Notes: generated from the sequence alone by a model not told the origin. Positions 9,947-20,881 are shown, numbered from the stretch's first letter. The stretch: DNA of 64,000 nt from an uncultured Gammaproteobacteria bacterium (GCA_964599455.1 CAZREA010000001.1:71687-135686), one strand, 5' to 3'. A program made the numbers and translations.

Positions 9947-10731
9947 TGCGCGAGCGTCTTTTGGGTATCCCATTGGATATTGCGGAAAAGGATGCATACG
10001 TCAGCTGCATTCGCGACATGCTCAAACAGCATGAAGGCAATACCATTGTCACCCTCACGTCCGAGATGGTGGTTGATGCGCAATCCGATCGTACATTTCG
10101 CAATGCACTCGAGCAAGCTGCTTGCATTATTCCTGATACAGTTGGCATTGTGTATGCGATGCAAATTCTCAAAAAGAAACATATTACTCGATATCCTGGC
10201 GTTGATCTTTTTCAAGACTTGCTGCGCATGGCCAATGAACAATCGTTGAGAGTACTGCTTTTGGGTGGAGACGCGCAGACGCAATCTGCGTTTCTTGATC
10301 GCTACCACGCTCTTTTCCCCGCACTATATGTCCGCGCCATTGATCCCGGTTTGATTGATGAAAAAGATCCTCATTTGTCGTCTCCTTTGCAGGAACGTCT
10401 CAAGCGCGAAAAATATGACGTTTTGTGTGTGGCGTTGGGGCAGGGAAGAGGGAAACGGCAGGGAAAACAAGAAAAGATCATGCAACAATTGCGTGATCTA
10501 TGTCCCCATGTGCGAATAGTGATTGGTATTGGCGGAACGCTTGATTATTTGGCAGGAAATGTTGCACGTGCACCAAAATGGTTTCAAGAAAAAGGATTGG
10601 AATGGCTGTATCGTCTGGTGCGACAACCGTGGAGATTGCAGCGAGTTTTTAAAGCGGTAATTGTTTTGAGCTTTTTGACAGTAAAGGAATATTTTTTACA
10701 AAAAATCAAGAGAACGTCAGAGAAGGAATGA
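9943..10731 (+). CDS. WecB/TagA/CpsF-family glycosyltransferase (N-acetylmannosaminyltransferase-like)
   Basis: 262 aa, with LLGIPLD near the N-terminus and EWLYRL near the C-terminus, characteristic of the TagA/WecG family. Confidence 0.75.
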   Translation: MMRERLLGIPLDIAEKDAYVSCIRDMLKQHEGNTIVTLTSEMVVDAQSDRTFRNALEQAACIIPDTVGIVYAMQILKKKHITRYPGVDLFQDLLRMANEQSLRVLLLGGDAQTQSAFLDRYHALFPALYVRAIDPGLIDEKDPHLSSPLQERLKREKYDVLCVALGQGRGKRQGKQEKIMQQLRDLCPHVRIVIGIGGTLDYLAGNVARAPKWFQEKGLEWLYRLVRQPWRLQRVFKAVIVLSFLTVKEYFLQKIKRTSEKE

Positions 10732-11145
10732 TTACTTGCCGCGGGCAATTTTGGCTTTTTGTAGAAAATCAAGATTATCAATAATCGCTGCAAAGAGCAC
10801 GGGTTGTTGTGAGTCTCTTGGACCCGTTATCTCAGGATCGTGATGTTCGACGATGAGATACCAATGTCCGTGATCATGCCGACTTGATTGTTCGTATCTT
10901 TTATAGGCGATGTCCCCTTCATTGTTTTTTAAAAAAACGTATGCAAATCTTTCTCTTGGCTTCTGACGTTTTTCAATAACAATATCGGGAAATTTCTTTT
11001 TTACGTCCTTTAGTTCTTTTGTTGTTATTTCGGAAAGACCCAACTCATCAATCTCTCTTTCTCTACGAATTTGTTCATCGCTTATCCCCAATCTTTCTTC
11101 ACCCCATCTTCTTATTCGGGAAAGCATATGAGTATAGCATACCAT
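10732..11145 (-). CDS. hypothetical protein
   Basis: 137-aa ORF divergent from gltX. No recognisable motif; His-rich segment HDHGHWYLIVEHHD. Confidence 0.35.
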   Translation of the reverse strand: MVCYTHMLSRIRRWGEERLGISDEQIRREREIDELGLSEITTKELKDVKKKFPDIVIEKRQKPRERFAYVFLKNNEGDIAYKRYEQSSRHDHGHWYLIVEHHDPEITGPRDSQQPVLFAAIIDNLDFLQKAKIARGK

Positions 11146-11206
11146 TTTGTTTTTTTATGAAAAACGGTATGCTGTTTATACTTTTCTTCCCCTTTTTATG
11201 ACTCCC

Positions 11207-12658
11207 ATGAGAACTCGTATCGCTCCTTCTCCCACCGGTTTTATGCATGTAGGCACTTTGCGCACCTTGATGTGGGATTACTTTATGGCCCGCCAGTCGA
11301 GTGGCCAATTCATTGTTCGTATTGAAGATACCGATCAGGAGCGATTTGTTCCTGGGGCCCTGGAGTCACTCCTTGAGACGCTGCAAAAACTTAATATTGA
11401 TCACGATGAAGGTCCTGTTTTGCAAGCTGACGGTACGCTTGCATCAAAAGGGGATTATGGACCCTACATTCAAACACAACGACTCGACATCTACAAAAAA
11501 TATGCCGATCAATTATTAGCACAAGGCGATGCCTATCATTGTTTTTGTTCGGTTGAACGGCTTGATGAGATGAGAAAAGAGCAGATGCTCATGAAGCAAA
11601 ATCCGAAGTACGACCGTGCCTGTTTGCGTCTTTCTGCCGACGAAGTTCAACGGCGTTTAGCGAACGGTGAGACGGCCGTTATTCGCATGAAATTACCCGA
11701 AGGAGTAGTTGTATTTGACGACGCAATTCGTGGAACAATTTCTTTTGATTTAAAAGATGCCGATGATCAGATTCTCGTCAAAAGCAACGGCATTCCCACA
11801 TATCATTTAGCGGTCGTTGTCGATGACGAACTCATGTACATCACCCATGTGTTACGTGGTGAGGAATGGCTACCTTCTATGCCCAAGCAAATTGTTCTTG
11901 CTAAGATGCTTGGCTTTACGCTGCCAACGTATGCGCATGTTCCGCTTATTCTCAATCCCGATAAGACTAAACTTTCTAAACGCAAAGGTGACGTAGCTGT
12001 TGAGAGTTATGTGAAAAAAGGCTATCTCCCCGAAGCGCTTATAAATTTTATTTGTACCCTCGGCTTTAATCCCAGTGCCGAGCAAGAGCTGTATACCCGA
12101 CAAGAGCTGATTGAAAAATTCGACATTAGTCGTGTGAATAAAAGCGGGGCAGTCATGAATACCGAAAAACTGGATTGGATGAACCGACAGTACTTGAAAG
12201 AAATGAGGGAAGGGGAGTTCTTTGCCTATGCGGCACAATTTGTTACTTCGGATATGACTAACGAAAAGGTTCGTCGTGCCATGCTAGTTGAACGATTGCG
12301 TATTGACCGACTTGATCAATTACCGCTGGTCATAGAGCAGTATTTGACGACGCAACAAATTGAACCTTCTGCTCTTGTCTGGAAGAAGGGAAGTCCTGAA
12401 GATGCCAAACAACAACTCACCAATCTCATTCCTATCATTGAACAATTACCAGAAGAAACGTTATCCGCACCAAAACTTCTTGAAGACACCGTAAAGCAGT
12501 ATATTACTCATAACGGTTTGCAAACTGGTGCAGTTCTTTGGCCGCTGCGTGTTGCCTTGTCGCGTCAAGAACAATCTGCGAGTCCGTTTGAATATCTTTT
12601 TGTTCTTGGTAAAGAGGAATCGCTTCACCGCATTCAAGATGCCATTACTGTGCTTTAA
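11207..12658 (+). CDS. gltX: glutamyl-tRNA synthetase
   Basis: The N-terminus MRTRIAPSPTGFMHVGTLRT carries the class I HIGH-type motif, and KLSKR is the KMSKS-type motif. The start is moved to the in-frame ATG at 11207; the longest ORF starts at 11147. Confidence 0.92.
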   Translation: MRTRIAPSPTGFMHVGTLRTLMWDYFMARQSSGQFIVRIEDTDQERFVPGALESLLETLQKLNIDHDEGPVLQADGTLASKGDYGPYIQTQRLDIYKKYADQLLAQGDAYHCFCSVERLDEMRKEQMLMKQNPKYDRACLRLSADEVQRRLANGETAVIRMKLPEGVVVFDDAIRGTISFDLKDADDQILVKSNGIPTYHLAVVVDDELMYITHVLRGEEWLPSMPKQIVLAKMLGFTLPTYAHVPLILNPDKTKLSKRKGDVAVESYVKKGYLPEALINFICTLGFNPSAEQELYTRQELIEKFDISRVNKSGAVMNTEKLDWMNRQYLKEMREGEFFAYAAQFVTSDMTNEKVRRAMLVERLRIDRLDQLPLVIEQYLTTQQIEPSALVWKKGSPEDAKQQLTNLIPIIEQLPEETLSAPKLLEDTVKQYITHNGLQTGAVLWPLRVALSRQEQSASPFEYLFVLGKEESLHRIQDAITVL

Positions 12659-12665
12659 GTATTTT

Positions 12666-13868
12666 ATGATTTCATGGAGGAAAATACCTGCGTTCGGAGT
12701 CATGTTTACCACCGTTCTTTTTTCATTTCCGCATCTTCTGTTTGCTGCAGCTGCACAAGATATCACGCAATTGCAAGCTGAAATTCAAAATCGCAAAGCA
12801 CAGGTAGAAAGTATTAATACACAACTTGCGGAATACAAAAAACGGATTGCAGAATATGCATCAAAAGCGGCTTCGCTATCGACCGACGTTGCGCTTTTGG
12901 AAAATGAGGCAGCCATGACTGAATTGGATATTGCAGGTACAAAAACAGAGATTGGCGCACAGGAACTCGAATTGCAAATCTTACAACAAGGTATTCAACA
13001 AGCTGATACCGATCTGGCCACACAGCGTGCACGATTGCGTGATATATTGTTTGCCTTACAAAAACAAGATAAACGGGGTGGGCCTTTTGAAATGGTCATT
13101 GGTGCTACAGATTTTGGGGATGTATTCCAAGCAGCTGCGCAGCTTGCTGATGTGAATACCGATTTACAAAAAGCACTTGCTGCTACACAACAATCACGAG
13201 GTGATCTCTCCGAAAAACAGATTGCTCGCGAAGAAAAAATGAATGATCTCCAAGGTTTACAGACTGAGCTTGAAAAGAAACTCACCACACTCGAAACACG
13301 ACAATATGCCAAGCAGGTACTTATTAACGAAACACAAGACTCTGAAAATGAATACCGACAATTGTTGAGTGAACTGCGACAAGAGCAGCAGGCGGTCTCG
13401 GCACGCATATCACAATTGCAAGGAGACATTACCGATCGTTTAAGCGAGGCTGATGCAATAGGTGACAGCTCAGCTATTTCTTGGCCCGTTGACGGCATTA
13501 TTACTGCTATATTTCACGACCCAACATATCCTTTTCGCAATCTTTTTGAGCATTCCGGACTCGACATCGCCGTCCCTCAGGGAACACCCATCACCGCCGC
13601 TGCACCAGGTGTTGTAGCCTGGGCTAAACTTGGTCGCATGTATGGCAATTATGTCATGATTATTCATACGGATGGTCGTGCAACATTATATGCACACATG
13701 TCGCGTATGGATGTGGTTCAGGATCAATATGTTAGTCGTGGTCAAATCATTGGTCTTTCAGGCGGACGCGCAGGTTCACCGGGTGCAGGTTTTTCTACCG
13801 GACCTCACGTACACTTTGAAGTACGTGAAAATGGTATTCCGGTAGATCCTCGAAGATACTTGCCGTAA
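12666..13868 (+). CDS. EnvC-like coiled-coil M23 family metallopeptidase
   Basis: Starting at the ATG at 12666 there is a signal/anchor, then a long Q/E/L-rich coiled coil, then a C-terminal M23 domain (HTDGRATLYAHM...GPHVHFEVRENG). The longest ORF (12528) would overlap the gltX 3' end. Confidence 0.8.
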   Translation: MISWRKIPAFGVMFTTVLFSFPHLLFAAAAQDITQLQAEIQNRKAQVESINTQLAEYKKRIAEYASKAASLSTDVALLENEAAMTELDIAGTKTEIGAQELELQILQQGIQQADTDLATQRARLRDILFALQKQDKRGGPFEMVIGATDFGDVFQAAAQLADVNTDLQKALAATQQSRGDLSEKQIAREEKMNDLQGLQTELEKKLTTLETRQYAKQVLINETQDSENEYRQLLSELRQEQQAVSARISQLQGDITDRLSEADAIGDSSAISWPVDGIITAIFHDPTYPFRNLFEHSGLDIAVPQGTPITAAAPGVVAWAKLGRMYGNYVMIIHTDGRATLYAHMSRMDVVQDQYVSRGQIIGLSGGRAGSPGAGFSTGPHVHFEVRENGIPVDPRRYLP

Positions 13869-13991
13869 AAAGACCCTGATTCTTCAATAGTCAAAAGTAA
13901 ATCTTCGAAAGGATCTGGTACTTGCTCTCAGCTTAAAATATCAGACGCATTTAAACGCGCTGTGTTGATTTAGGGGTAGTCTGATACCTTT

Positions 13992-14363
13992 ATGAATGAA
14001 TTCTCCACTCTCAAGCCTGGTTATACCGAAGAGCGCCCATGGGGACGATTCATTGTGCTTGAAGATGCCGCGACGCATAAGGTAAAACGTTTAGTCCTAT
14101 ATCCAGGAAAACGTCTTTCATATCAGCGCCATCAACAACGAACTGAGTATTGGGTGATCCTATCGGGAAATCCTATCCTGACGCTTGACGATGTTATAAC
14201 TGAGCAAAAACCCGGAGATACAATTTGCATTCCTGTAGGTACAAAACATCGTTTAGAAAATCCACATAAAACCGATGAGGTTGTTTGGATCGAGGTTCAG
14301 AGAGGCTCATATTTTGGGGAGGATGATATTGAACGTTTTGCTGACGATTTTGGGAGAATCTAG
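13992..14363 (+). CDS. cupin-domain protein (mannose-6-phosphate isomerase type II C-terminal-like)
   Basis: 123 aa with a two-motif cupin pattern (YPGKRLSYQRHQQRTEYWVILSG ... PVGTKHRLEN). Confidence 0.6.
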   Translation: MNEFSTLKPGYTEERPWGRFIVLEDAATHKVKRLVLYPGKRLSYQRHQQRTEYWVILSGNPILTLDDVITEQKPGDTICIPVGTKHRLENPHKTDEVVWIEVQRGSYFGEDDIERFADDFGRI

Positions 14364-14491
14364 AGCATAGTTACGTAAATTGTATATTGTACGACTCTTT
14401 AATAAACAAAGCTGCAAAGAATAATCTCTTTACTTTAATCCCCTTTTTTGCTACTCTTTATAGTTACCCCCACTAACTAGGAGTTTCTGCA

Positions 14492-14689
14492 ATGGCATTC
14501 ATTCTGCTTCTCATCAGCTTCTTACCCGCAGGCCTTGGTCTCTGGGTAGCGTGGGAATGGCTCGATGCACCAATCCCGGAGACCGATGAAGAGGAGCGAG
14601 CAAACAATTGGATGCAGCAGCGCATCTACGCTCCCTTCGTGGTCGCATTTTTCCTTGTGACCGTCTCCATCGCAATTTCCCTTCTCTGA
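14492..14689 (+). CDS. small membrane protein (65 aa)
   Basis: A good Shine-Dalgarno (aggag) lies 8 nt upstream of the ATG. The protein has two hydrophobic segments flanking an acidic loop. It is GC-rich relative to its neighbours and is followed by two hairpins. Confidence 0.35.
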   Translation: MAFILLLISFLPAGLGLWVAWEWLDAPIPETDEEERANNWMQQRIYAPFVVAFFLVTVSIAISLL

Positions 14690-14810
14690 CAAGCCCTCTG
14701 CACGAGGGTCTTGTCAAAAACCGTACCGTCACCTCGGATGCCACCCTGTACGAAGGGTGGCATTATGTATTTAAAGAAATCGTTTATACTAGCATCATCA
14801 TTTATATAAT

Positions 14811-15146
14811 TTGTATCGTTTTATGAACCCCTACATTCTTTCACTCATGTCTCTTGGATTTGCTTTCGTTGCGTATGCACTTGGGAAAAAGCTTCTCTCC
14901 ATCACTTCACTTGAAGCCGATCTCACACGTTACGAAACTAATGTGCAGAGTAGAACATGGTTTCAGAAATGGTTCCTGGGTTGGATTATTCCCTGGCAGC
15001 GTTCGATGACGCGTACCTGGATTAAACAAACCAGTGATAAAACGGTTACGATGTTTCATCGGTTCTTTGGCTATTTTTGTTACGCAGTTGCAGTTTTTGC
15101 AGCGGTTTGTGCGGTGCTCTTCCCTCTTCTGTTTCAAAATATCTAG
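14811..15146 (+). CDS. hypothetical membrane protein
   Basis: 111-aa ORF with two predicted TM segments. It converges on bcp with a 4-nt overlap. Confidence 0.35.
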   Translation: MYRFMNPYILSLMSLGFAFVAYALGKKLLSITSLEADLTRYETNVQSRTWFQKWFLGWIIPWQRSMTRTWIKQTSDKTVTMFHRFFGYFCYAVAVFAAVCAVLFPLLFQNI

Positions 15147-15607
15147 GAAAGCTTTTCGAGATCATCAAGAATTTCCTGTACATGCCCCGTGGGTTTCACG
15201 TTCTCGTAGATTTTTACTATCTTCCCTTCTGGAGAGATCAAATAGGTGTTGCGCAAAATGCCAATATATTCCCGTCCCATGAATTTCTTTTTTCCAATAG
15301 CACCGTAGAGTTCACAAACTTTCTTTTCTTCATCTGCCAGAAGAGGAAAAGTAAGTGATTCATTTTGTGCAAATTTCTCATGACGTTTAACCGAGTCAGC
15401 TGATACACCCAGCACTTGCGCTCCTTTTACAACAAGACCTTGGAGATTATCTCGGAAGCTACAAGCTTCAACCGTACAGCCCGGCGTCATGTCTTTTGGA
15501 TAAAAATACAGAATAACCCATTTACCACGGTAATCTGAAAGAGCATGCATCTTTCCTATTTGATCGGGCAGAGTGAAGTCAGGAGCGGGATTATTGAGGA
15601 GCGACAT
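15143..15607 (-). CDS. bcp: thiol peroxidase Bcp (peroxiredoxin Q type)
   Basis: APDFTLPDQIGK...WVILYFYPKDMTPGCTVEACSFRD is the Bcp/PrxQ active-site context with the peroxidatic Cys. Confidence 0.85.
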   Translation of the reverse strand: MSLLNNPAPDFTLPDQIGKMHALSDYRGKWVILYFYPKDMTPGCTVEACSFRDNLQGLVVKGAQVLGVSADSVKRHEKFAQNESLTFPLLADEEKKVCELYGAIGKKKFMGREYIGILRNTYLISPEGKIVKIYENVKPTGHVQEILDDLEKLS

Positions 15608-15634
15608 ATCGTCGAGGTGATTTAATGATTTCTC

Positions 15635-16498
15635 TTATCGTACATAAATTCGCTCATGAAAGCGAATGTCAATATAGGTTGTTGGTTGTTGATCGATCGG
15701 TAGTTCGTGCATGACTTTTTGATACCGAGCGACTTGTGTGGCTGCATTAAGAAAAGGATTGATAATAATGGTATAAGGTTTATCCGTTTGTACAATCACT
15801 CGTGCGGCATCAGTGGTAAGCGCGAATTGTGAAAGCGTTAGATTCGCATACTGATGAAGGAGTATTCCGTATTGTTCAAGACTTTGGAGATAGGATGCTT
15901 TGAGAAAAGGAGTACCTACGGAAGGAGCATTTGTTCCTTCTTCAGCAACAAGAAAGAAGAGTTTCTCAGAAGGAATAATTTTCCCTGCCGTTAATTCATC
16001 CTGTGTGGTCTCGCGTATAACGACTCCATTTTTATCTAAAAGAAAAATCTGATTGCTCACTTTTAATGGAATAAACTGCACCTTTTCTTCAACTGCGCAG
16101 GTGAGCATATGTTTATCGAGTACACAGCTCGCATGTTCTAAAGGATATGTTGTGATGAGCATCTGTTCGAGTGCAGTGGTATTAATCCTCCACGAGAATA
16201 AACGAGGAATACCTAGCCACTTTTCCTCTTGCAAGAATGTATGTATTGATAATGCGAAACGCTGTGATGGAAGCATGCGCGTACCCTCAATTTTTATGTC
16301 GGTGAGGAGATGTGTTGGACGTACAGCGATCCAAAAGATAAGTGAAACAAGGGCGATGAAAACAAAAAAACCTCCTCCCACAAACCAAGGTATTCCGGTA
16401 TGTGTTTTTTCTGGAGAAGGTGCTTGAAAAAAAGGATTTTTCCAACCTTTGACTGCGTATAATTTGGCATTAAGTTTTTGGATGAGCGATGAACTCAT
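15635..16498 (-). CDS. ftsQ: cell division protein FtsQ/DivIB-like (POTRA)
   Basis: 287 aa with a single N-terminal TM segment followed by a POTRA-like region (IKIEGTRMLPSQ...) and an FtsQ-type beta domain. Confidence 0.55.
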   Translation of the reverse strand: MSSSLIQKLNAKLYAVKGWKNPFFQAPSPEKTHTGIPWFVGGGFFVFIALVSLIFWIAVRPTHLLTDIKIEGTRMLPSQRFALSIHTFLQEEKWLGIPRLFSWRINTTALEQMLITTYPLEHASCVLDKHMLTCAVEEKVQFIPLKVSNQIFLLDKNGVVIRETTQDELTAGKIIPSEKLFFLVAEEGTNAPSVGTPFLKASYLQSLEQYGILLHQYANLTLSQFALTTDAARVIVQTDKPYTIIINPFLNAATQVARYQKVMHELPIDQQPTTYIDIRFHERIYVR

Positions 16499-16516
16499 AG
16501 GAAAAGTAGTGTCCCC

Positions 16517-17662
16517 TCACCCTACAAGAATGCGTGGTATATGTTGCCCGATACGAGCAACAACCTCGTAATGAATGGTCCCCCAGCGTTGAGCCCAATC
16601 ATCAGCAGTAACTGAGGCAAGGCCATCTCGACCAATAAGGGTGACGACATCACCTGTTTTTACAGAACTGGGTGCCGAACCGATATCAACCATACACATA
16701 TTCATGCACATATTGCCGACGATCGGACATTTTGCACCTTTGATAATCACGTAACCATTGTTTGAGGCACGGCGATCAAGTCCATCGTAGTATCCTACTG
16801 GCAAGACTGCGATACGCATGGGACGATTCGTAATAAACGTTGGTCCGTGACTAATTCCTGAACCCGGCAAAACGTCTTTAACCTGTGCGACACGGGTTTT
16901 CCAGGAAAGGACTGGTTTGAGTTCTGCATGGCGTTTTCCGAGTGTTCCCTCTCGTTTAGTGTCCGGTGATGACCATAACCCATAGAGCATGATACCAAAT
17001 CGTACAAGATTGTGTTGGGTTTCTGGTTGCATGATGCTGGCGGCAGAACAGGCAATGTGTTGGTAGATAGGATTGATGTGTTTTTGTTGCCACCAAGCTA
17101 TTGCGTCGCAAAATACAGTATTTTGTTTCTTTGTTTCCCACATGCTGCGTGTTTCTTCGGCTCCGGCAAAATGTGAAGCAATACTTTGCACGTACACCCA
17201 TCCTGCAGAAGCTCGTAGCGCATCATGTAATGCTGCATACGCACGTTCCCCTGCCCCCAAGCGATGAAGTCCTGTTTCAATTTCAAGAGTTATCTGTACC
17301 GACTTCATAAGCTTCCGTGCAGCATAAGCCAGGGTAGTAATCTCATCTGCACTAGAGACCGTTTGAATAGCTTGAGCTAAAACAACCCGCACCGCATGCT
17401 CGGGCAAGGTATATCCTAAAATAAAAATCGTTGCCTCTGGTACAAGTGACCGCACTTTTTCTGCCTCATCAATGGAATCAACAGCAAAGTGCGAAACGTC
17501 TTGTTCGGCAAGAAGACGAGTGCAAAGCGTTAAATCATGACCATACGCATCTGCCTTCACGACTCCACAAAATGTTACGCTAGGAGATAGCACATCGCGC
17601 AAAGCCTGAACATTCTGTGCAAAAGCGGATGAAGAAATTTCAAGCCAAGTTTTGGTGTGCAT
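16517..17662 (-). CDS. alr: alanine racemase
   Basis: GVVKADAYGHD PLP-lysine motif near the N-terminus; length and layout are typical for Alr. Confidence 0.88.
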   Translation of the reverse strand: MHTKTWLEISSSAFAQNVQALRDVLSPSVTFCGVVKADAYGHDLTLCTRLLAEQDVSHFAVDSIDEAEKVRSLVPEATIFILGYTLPEHAVRVVLAQAIQTVSSADEITTLAYAARKLMKSVQITLEIETGLHRLGAGERAYAALHDALRASAGWVYVQSIASHFAGAEETRSMWETKKQNTVFCDAIAWWQQKHINPIYQHIACSAASIMQPETQHNLVRFGIMLYGLWSSPDTKREGTLGKRHAELKPVLSWKTRVAQVKDVLPGSGISHGPTFITNRPMRIAVLPVGYYDGLDRRASNNGYVIIKGAKCPIVGNMCMNMCMVDIGSAPSSVKTGDVVTLIGRDGLASVTADDWAQRWGTIHYEVVARIGQHIPRILVG

Positions 17663-17691
17663 AAAGGATCGGTGATGGTTAAAACGGTTAA

Positions 17692-17712
17692 GCGGTTAAA
17701 CATCTTAACCGC
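17692..17712. terminator. hairpin downstream of serS (minus strand)
   Basis: The inverted repeat gcggttaa-acatc-ttaaccgc sits immediately after the serS stop, with a T-rich run following on the minus strand. Confidence 0.4.
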
Positions 17713-17721
17713 CTTGACCGA

Positions 17722-18990
17722 CTAATCTCCTTTCACGATCCGCTCTTTTCCCACCCAAGGTCGTAATACCTCAGGAACGATAATCGATCCATCTTCTTGC
17801 TGATACTGCTCCAAAATGGCTACCAACGTACGACCAATAGCAAAAGCGGTGCCATTGAGCATGTGCAGGTATTCAATTGATCCATCCTTGCGCTTCATGC
17901 GCGTTTGCAAGCGACGTGATTGATAGTCGGTACAGGTGCTCGTAGAATGAGTTTCGCGATAGGTATTTTGTGACGGCACCCATGCTTCAATGTCATATTT
18001 TCTGGCAGCAGGTAGACCTAAATCACCGGTACATTGTTTGATAACGCGATACGCAAGCCCAAGACCTTGCATCAACTTTTCTTCAACCGACAATAAAAGT
18101 TCATGTTCAGTATCGGATGTTTCTGGAGTGGTATACGAAAACATCTCAACTTTATCGAACTGATGCATGCGAATAATACCTTTTGTATCTTTGCCATAAC
18201 TTCCCGCTTCACGACGATAGCAAGGCGAGATGCCGATGTACCGAAGAGGCAATTTTTCCTCAGGCAGTATTTCATCCATGTGCAGTGCACCAAGCGGTTG
18301 CTCGGCCGTACCAATGAGATACATATTATCTTTTTGTAGATAATAAATTTCTTCTTGGCCACCGTGCTCTAAATATCCCATTGCGCGCATAACGCGAGGA
18401 TTAACCATATGGGGAACGACGGTCGGTCGGAACCCCCGAGCCATGGCAGTTTGGATGGCGTAGTTGATGAGCGCAAGCTGCAACAAAACGCCATCACCTT
18501 TGATATATGTAAAACGTGAAGCCGCTGCTTGCGTTGCCTTTTCCATGTCGAGGATATCGAGTGCTGTTCCCAGCTCGAGATGATCTTTTGGGGTAAAGGC
18601 AAATGTTGGTCGCTCACCTACTTCACGCAGGATTTCATTTTCTTCGTCATTTTCTCCTTTCTTTACGTCAGGAAGGGCGGGATTGGGAATACGGAACAAG
18701 AGTTCATCAAGTTCATCGCTGAGTGGTCGCTCCTGCGAAATCTTTTCTTCGTAATGACGATCAAGTTCGCGCATTTCTTCAATCAGCTTTTGTCGCTCTT
18801 CGGGAGTTGCTTTGGGTATTTGAGCTGAAGCGGTATTTTTCTGCGCACGCATGGCCTCGATATCCGAACGCAAACTACGCACTTGTCGATCAAGTTCAAG
18901 AATGCGATCGGTGTCAATCGTGACACACTTGGCTTGAGCAGCATCTTTAAAGAAAACGGAATTTTCGCGGAATTTTTTAAGGTCGATCAT
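17722..18990 (-). CDS. serS: seryl-tRNA synthetase
   Basis: 422 aa with an N-terminal coiled-coil tRNA-binding arm and class II aaRS core motifs (FRREAGSYG.., GSGLAVGRTL-like). Confidence 0.92.
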   Translation of the reverse strand: MIDLKKFRENSVFFKDAAQAKCVTIDTDRILELDRQVRSLRSDIEAMRAQKNTASAQIPKATPEERQKLIEEMRELDRHYEEKISQERPLSDELDELLFRIPNPALPDVKKGENDEENEILREVGERPTFAFTPKDHLELGTALDILDMEKATQAAASRFTYIKGDGVLLQLALINYAIQTAMARGFRPTVVPHMVNPRVMRAMGYLEHGGQEEIYYLQKDNMYLIGTAEQPLGALHMDEILPEEKLPLRYIGISPCYRREAGSYGKDTKGIIRMHQFDKVEMFSYTTPETSDTEHELLLSVEEKLMQGLGLAYRVIKQCTGDLGLPAARKYDIEAWVPSQNTYRETHSTSTCTDYQSRRLQTRMKRKDGSIEYLHMLNGTAFAIGRTLVAILEQYQQEDGSIIVPEVLRPWVGKERIVKGD

Positions 18991-19397
18991 AATAATCCTC
19001 TTAACAATGAACTCTTGTGCTTGTCCGGCTCAAAAGCCGACAATACAAGAACCTTCACAGAGTACCCCGTTTTTGCCTTCCATGCCAAGAAATTTCCCCG
19101 TAGGGCGTCTTGGTCATAGCCAAAGGCAATGACATCAGGTTTTTGTGCAAGAACACAGTGATACTCCCCCTCGACAGGGTCTCCAGGCACTACTTCATCA
19201 ACAAACCCCGAATGCAAAAGCGCCTCTCGTCTTTGTGAAAAAGTATATTGCGGCTGTCTTCCCTTCAGTCGCTGGATAACATCGTCTTGCGCGAGTGAGA
19301 CCCAGAGTTCCTCTCCATACTCTTTTGCTTTTGTAAGAAGATACTCATGTCCGGGATGCAGTCCATCAAACGATCCGAAGATCATGACTCGTGTCAT
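18987..19397 (-). CDS. cytidylyltransferase-like nucleotidyltransferase (RibL FAD synthetase / TagD-like)
   Basis: 136 aa. The sequence [17 protein letters not shown] matches the (H/T)xGH nucleotidyltransferase motif (GTFDxLHxGH in RibL/TagD). The following [17 protein letters not shown] resembles the RibL KGRKP..EQRREM region. Confidence 0.6.
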   Translation of the reverse strand: MTRVMIFGSFDGLHPGHEYLLTKAKEYGEELWVSLAQDDVIQRLKGRQPQYTFSQRREALLHSGFVDEVVPGDPVEGEYHCVLAQKPDVIAFGYDQDALRGNFLAWKAKTGYSVKVLVLSAFEPDKHKSSLLRGLL

Positions 19398-20875
19398 ACA
19401 TCTTTTGATTTTGGCTTGAGCGTAGGAAAGAAAATAACTTCTTTGAGATTCGGTGAATTGGTAAGAAAAGCAACTAAACGATCAATACCGATAGCCATAC
19501 CGCTTGTTGGAGGCATACCATATTCAAGCGCAGATAAAAAGTCTTCATCCAAAAATTGCGCCTCTTCACTTCCCTGTTCACGTAGTGCTTCTTGCTCCAA
19601 AAACCGTTTGCGTTGATCCAGAGGATCATTTAATTCGTGATAATACGCATTAATAATTTCTGCTCCTTCAACAACTAATTGAACAGAAGAGCTCTTGGTT
19701 GGATCTTCAGGGCAGGCTTTTGCGAGCGGTTTCAATTCAATAGGATAATCAAAAATCCAGGTTGGTTGCTGCAGTTTTGCACGTGCAGTCTTTTTATACA
19801 ATTGATCGTAATGCTCACCAATTCCTACACAATTGCCGAAATCTATTTTCAACCCCTTTTCTTTAACCGCTTGTATCAAATTTTTCTCTTCTCGATATGC
19901 ATCAATATCAATATCGCACGCCTCGATAATAGCTTGACGGAACGTTTTACGAGGCCATGCTAATGAAGAGTCGATAATATGGTTATCATAAGGAACGGAC
20001 AATGAACCAATCGAGTGCTCGATAATGCATCTCATGATCTTTTCCAGAAAATCAACGAAGAAATCCTTACTCGGCACATAGGCCCAATAGAGTTCGATGG
20101 TGGTAAATTCAGGATTATGTGCGTAATCGATACCCTCGTTACGGAAGAGCCTGCCTATTTCGTATACTTTTTCAAAACCTCCAACGATCAATCTTTTCAA
20201 GTAAAGCTCAGGAGCAATACGTAAGTAAAGATCTGCATCAAGTGCGTTGTGATGGGTAATGAAAGGCCGAGCGTTTGCCCCTCCAGGAATAGGTTGCAAA
20301 ATAGGTGTTTCAACCTCCAAAAATCCTTGTTCATCGAGAAAGCGACGGAGTGCAGAAATCATCTTTGATCGCACAACAAAACGTTGACGGACTTCTGGAT
20401 TTGCAATCAAATCAAGCTCGCGTTGACGATAGCGCACCTCGACGTCTTGCAATCCATGCCATTTTTCGGGCAGCGGACGGAGTGATTTTGCTAAGTGACG
20501 AACGGCCTGCGTTAAAATGGATTGCTCGCCAGTTTTTGTAACATACGCGACACCTTCAATTTCCAAAAAATCACCCACATCCAAAAAGGAAAGAAGGGTT
20601 TCGTAGGCAGCATTCAGATCATCCAAACGTAGAACAATTTGTATCTCACCCGACTCATCACGCAAACGTAAAAAAGTAAGAGCACCAATACGACGTACAG
20701 CAATCACGCGACCAACAATCTTGACGACGTCTTTACCTTCCAAAAGTTGAGCAAATGTTGCAAGGACTTGAACAATGGTATGCGTGCGTTCGGGATTGAC
20801 CGGATAGGGTTCAATACCCTGTTCGCGCATGGCGGCAAGGCGGTCTTTGCGAATGTCGATTTCTCCTTTTTCCAT
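19394..20875 (-). CDS. lysS: lysyl-tRNA synthetase (class II)
   Basis: 493 aa with an N-terminal OB anticodon-binding domain and class II core motifs ([30 protein letters not shown]). Confidence 0.93.
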   Translation of the reverse strand: MEKGEIDIRKDRLAAMREQGIEPYPVNPERTHTIVQVLATFAQLLEGKDVVKIVGRVIAVRRIGALTFLRLRDESGEIQIVLRLDDLNAAYETLLSFLDVGDFLEIEGVAYVTKTGEQSILTQAVRHLAKSLRPLPEKWHGLQDVEVRYRQRELDLIANPEVRQRFVVRSKMISALRRFLDEQGFLEVETPILQPIPGGANARPFITHHNALDADLYLRIAPELYLKRLIVGGFEKVYEIGRLFRNEGIDYAHNPEFTTIELYWAYVPSKDFFVDFLEKIMRCIIEHSIGSLSVPYDNHIIDSSLAWPRKTFRQAIIEACDIDIDAYREEKNLIQAVKEKGLKIDFGNCVGIGEHYDQLYKKTARAKLQQPTWIFDYPIELKPLAKACPEDPTKSSSVQLVVEGAEIINAYYHELNDPLDQRKRFLEQEALREQGSEEAQFLDEDFLSALEYGMPPTSGMAIGIDRLVAFLTNSPNLKEVIFFPTLKPKSKDV

Positions 20876-20881
20876 ACAGGT

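Noticed and set aside
12528-12665. N-terminal extension of the M23 peptidase ORF overlapping the gltX 3' end
   Set aside because: The extension translates to no signal-peptide-like or conserved sequence. The internal ATG at 12666 gives a proper signal/anchor start.
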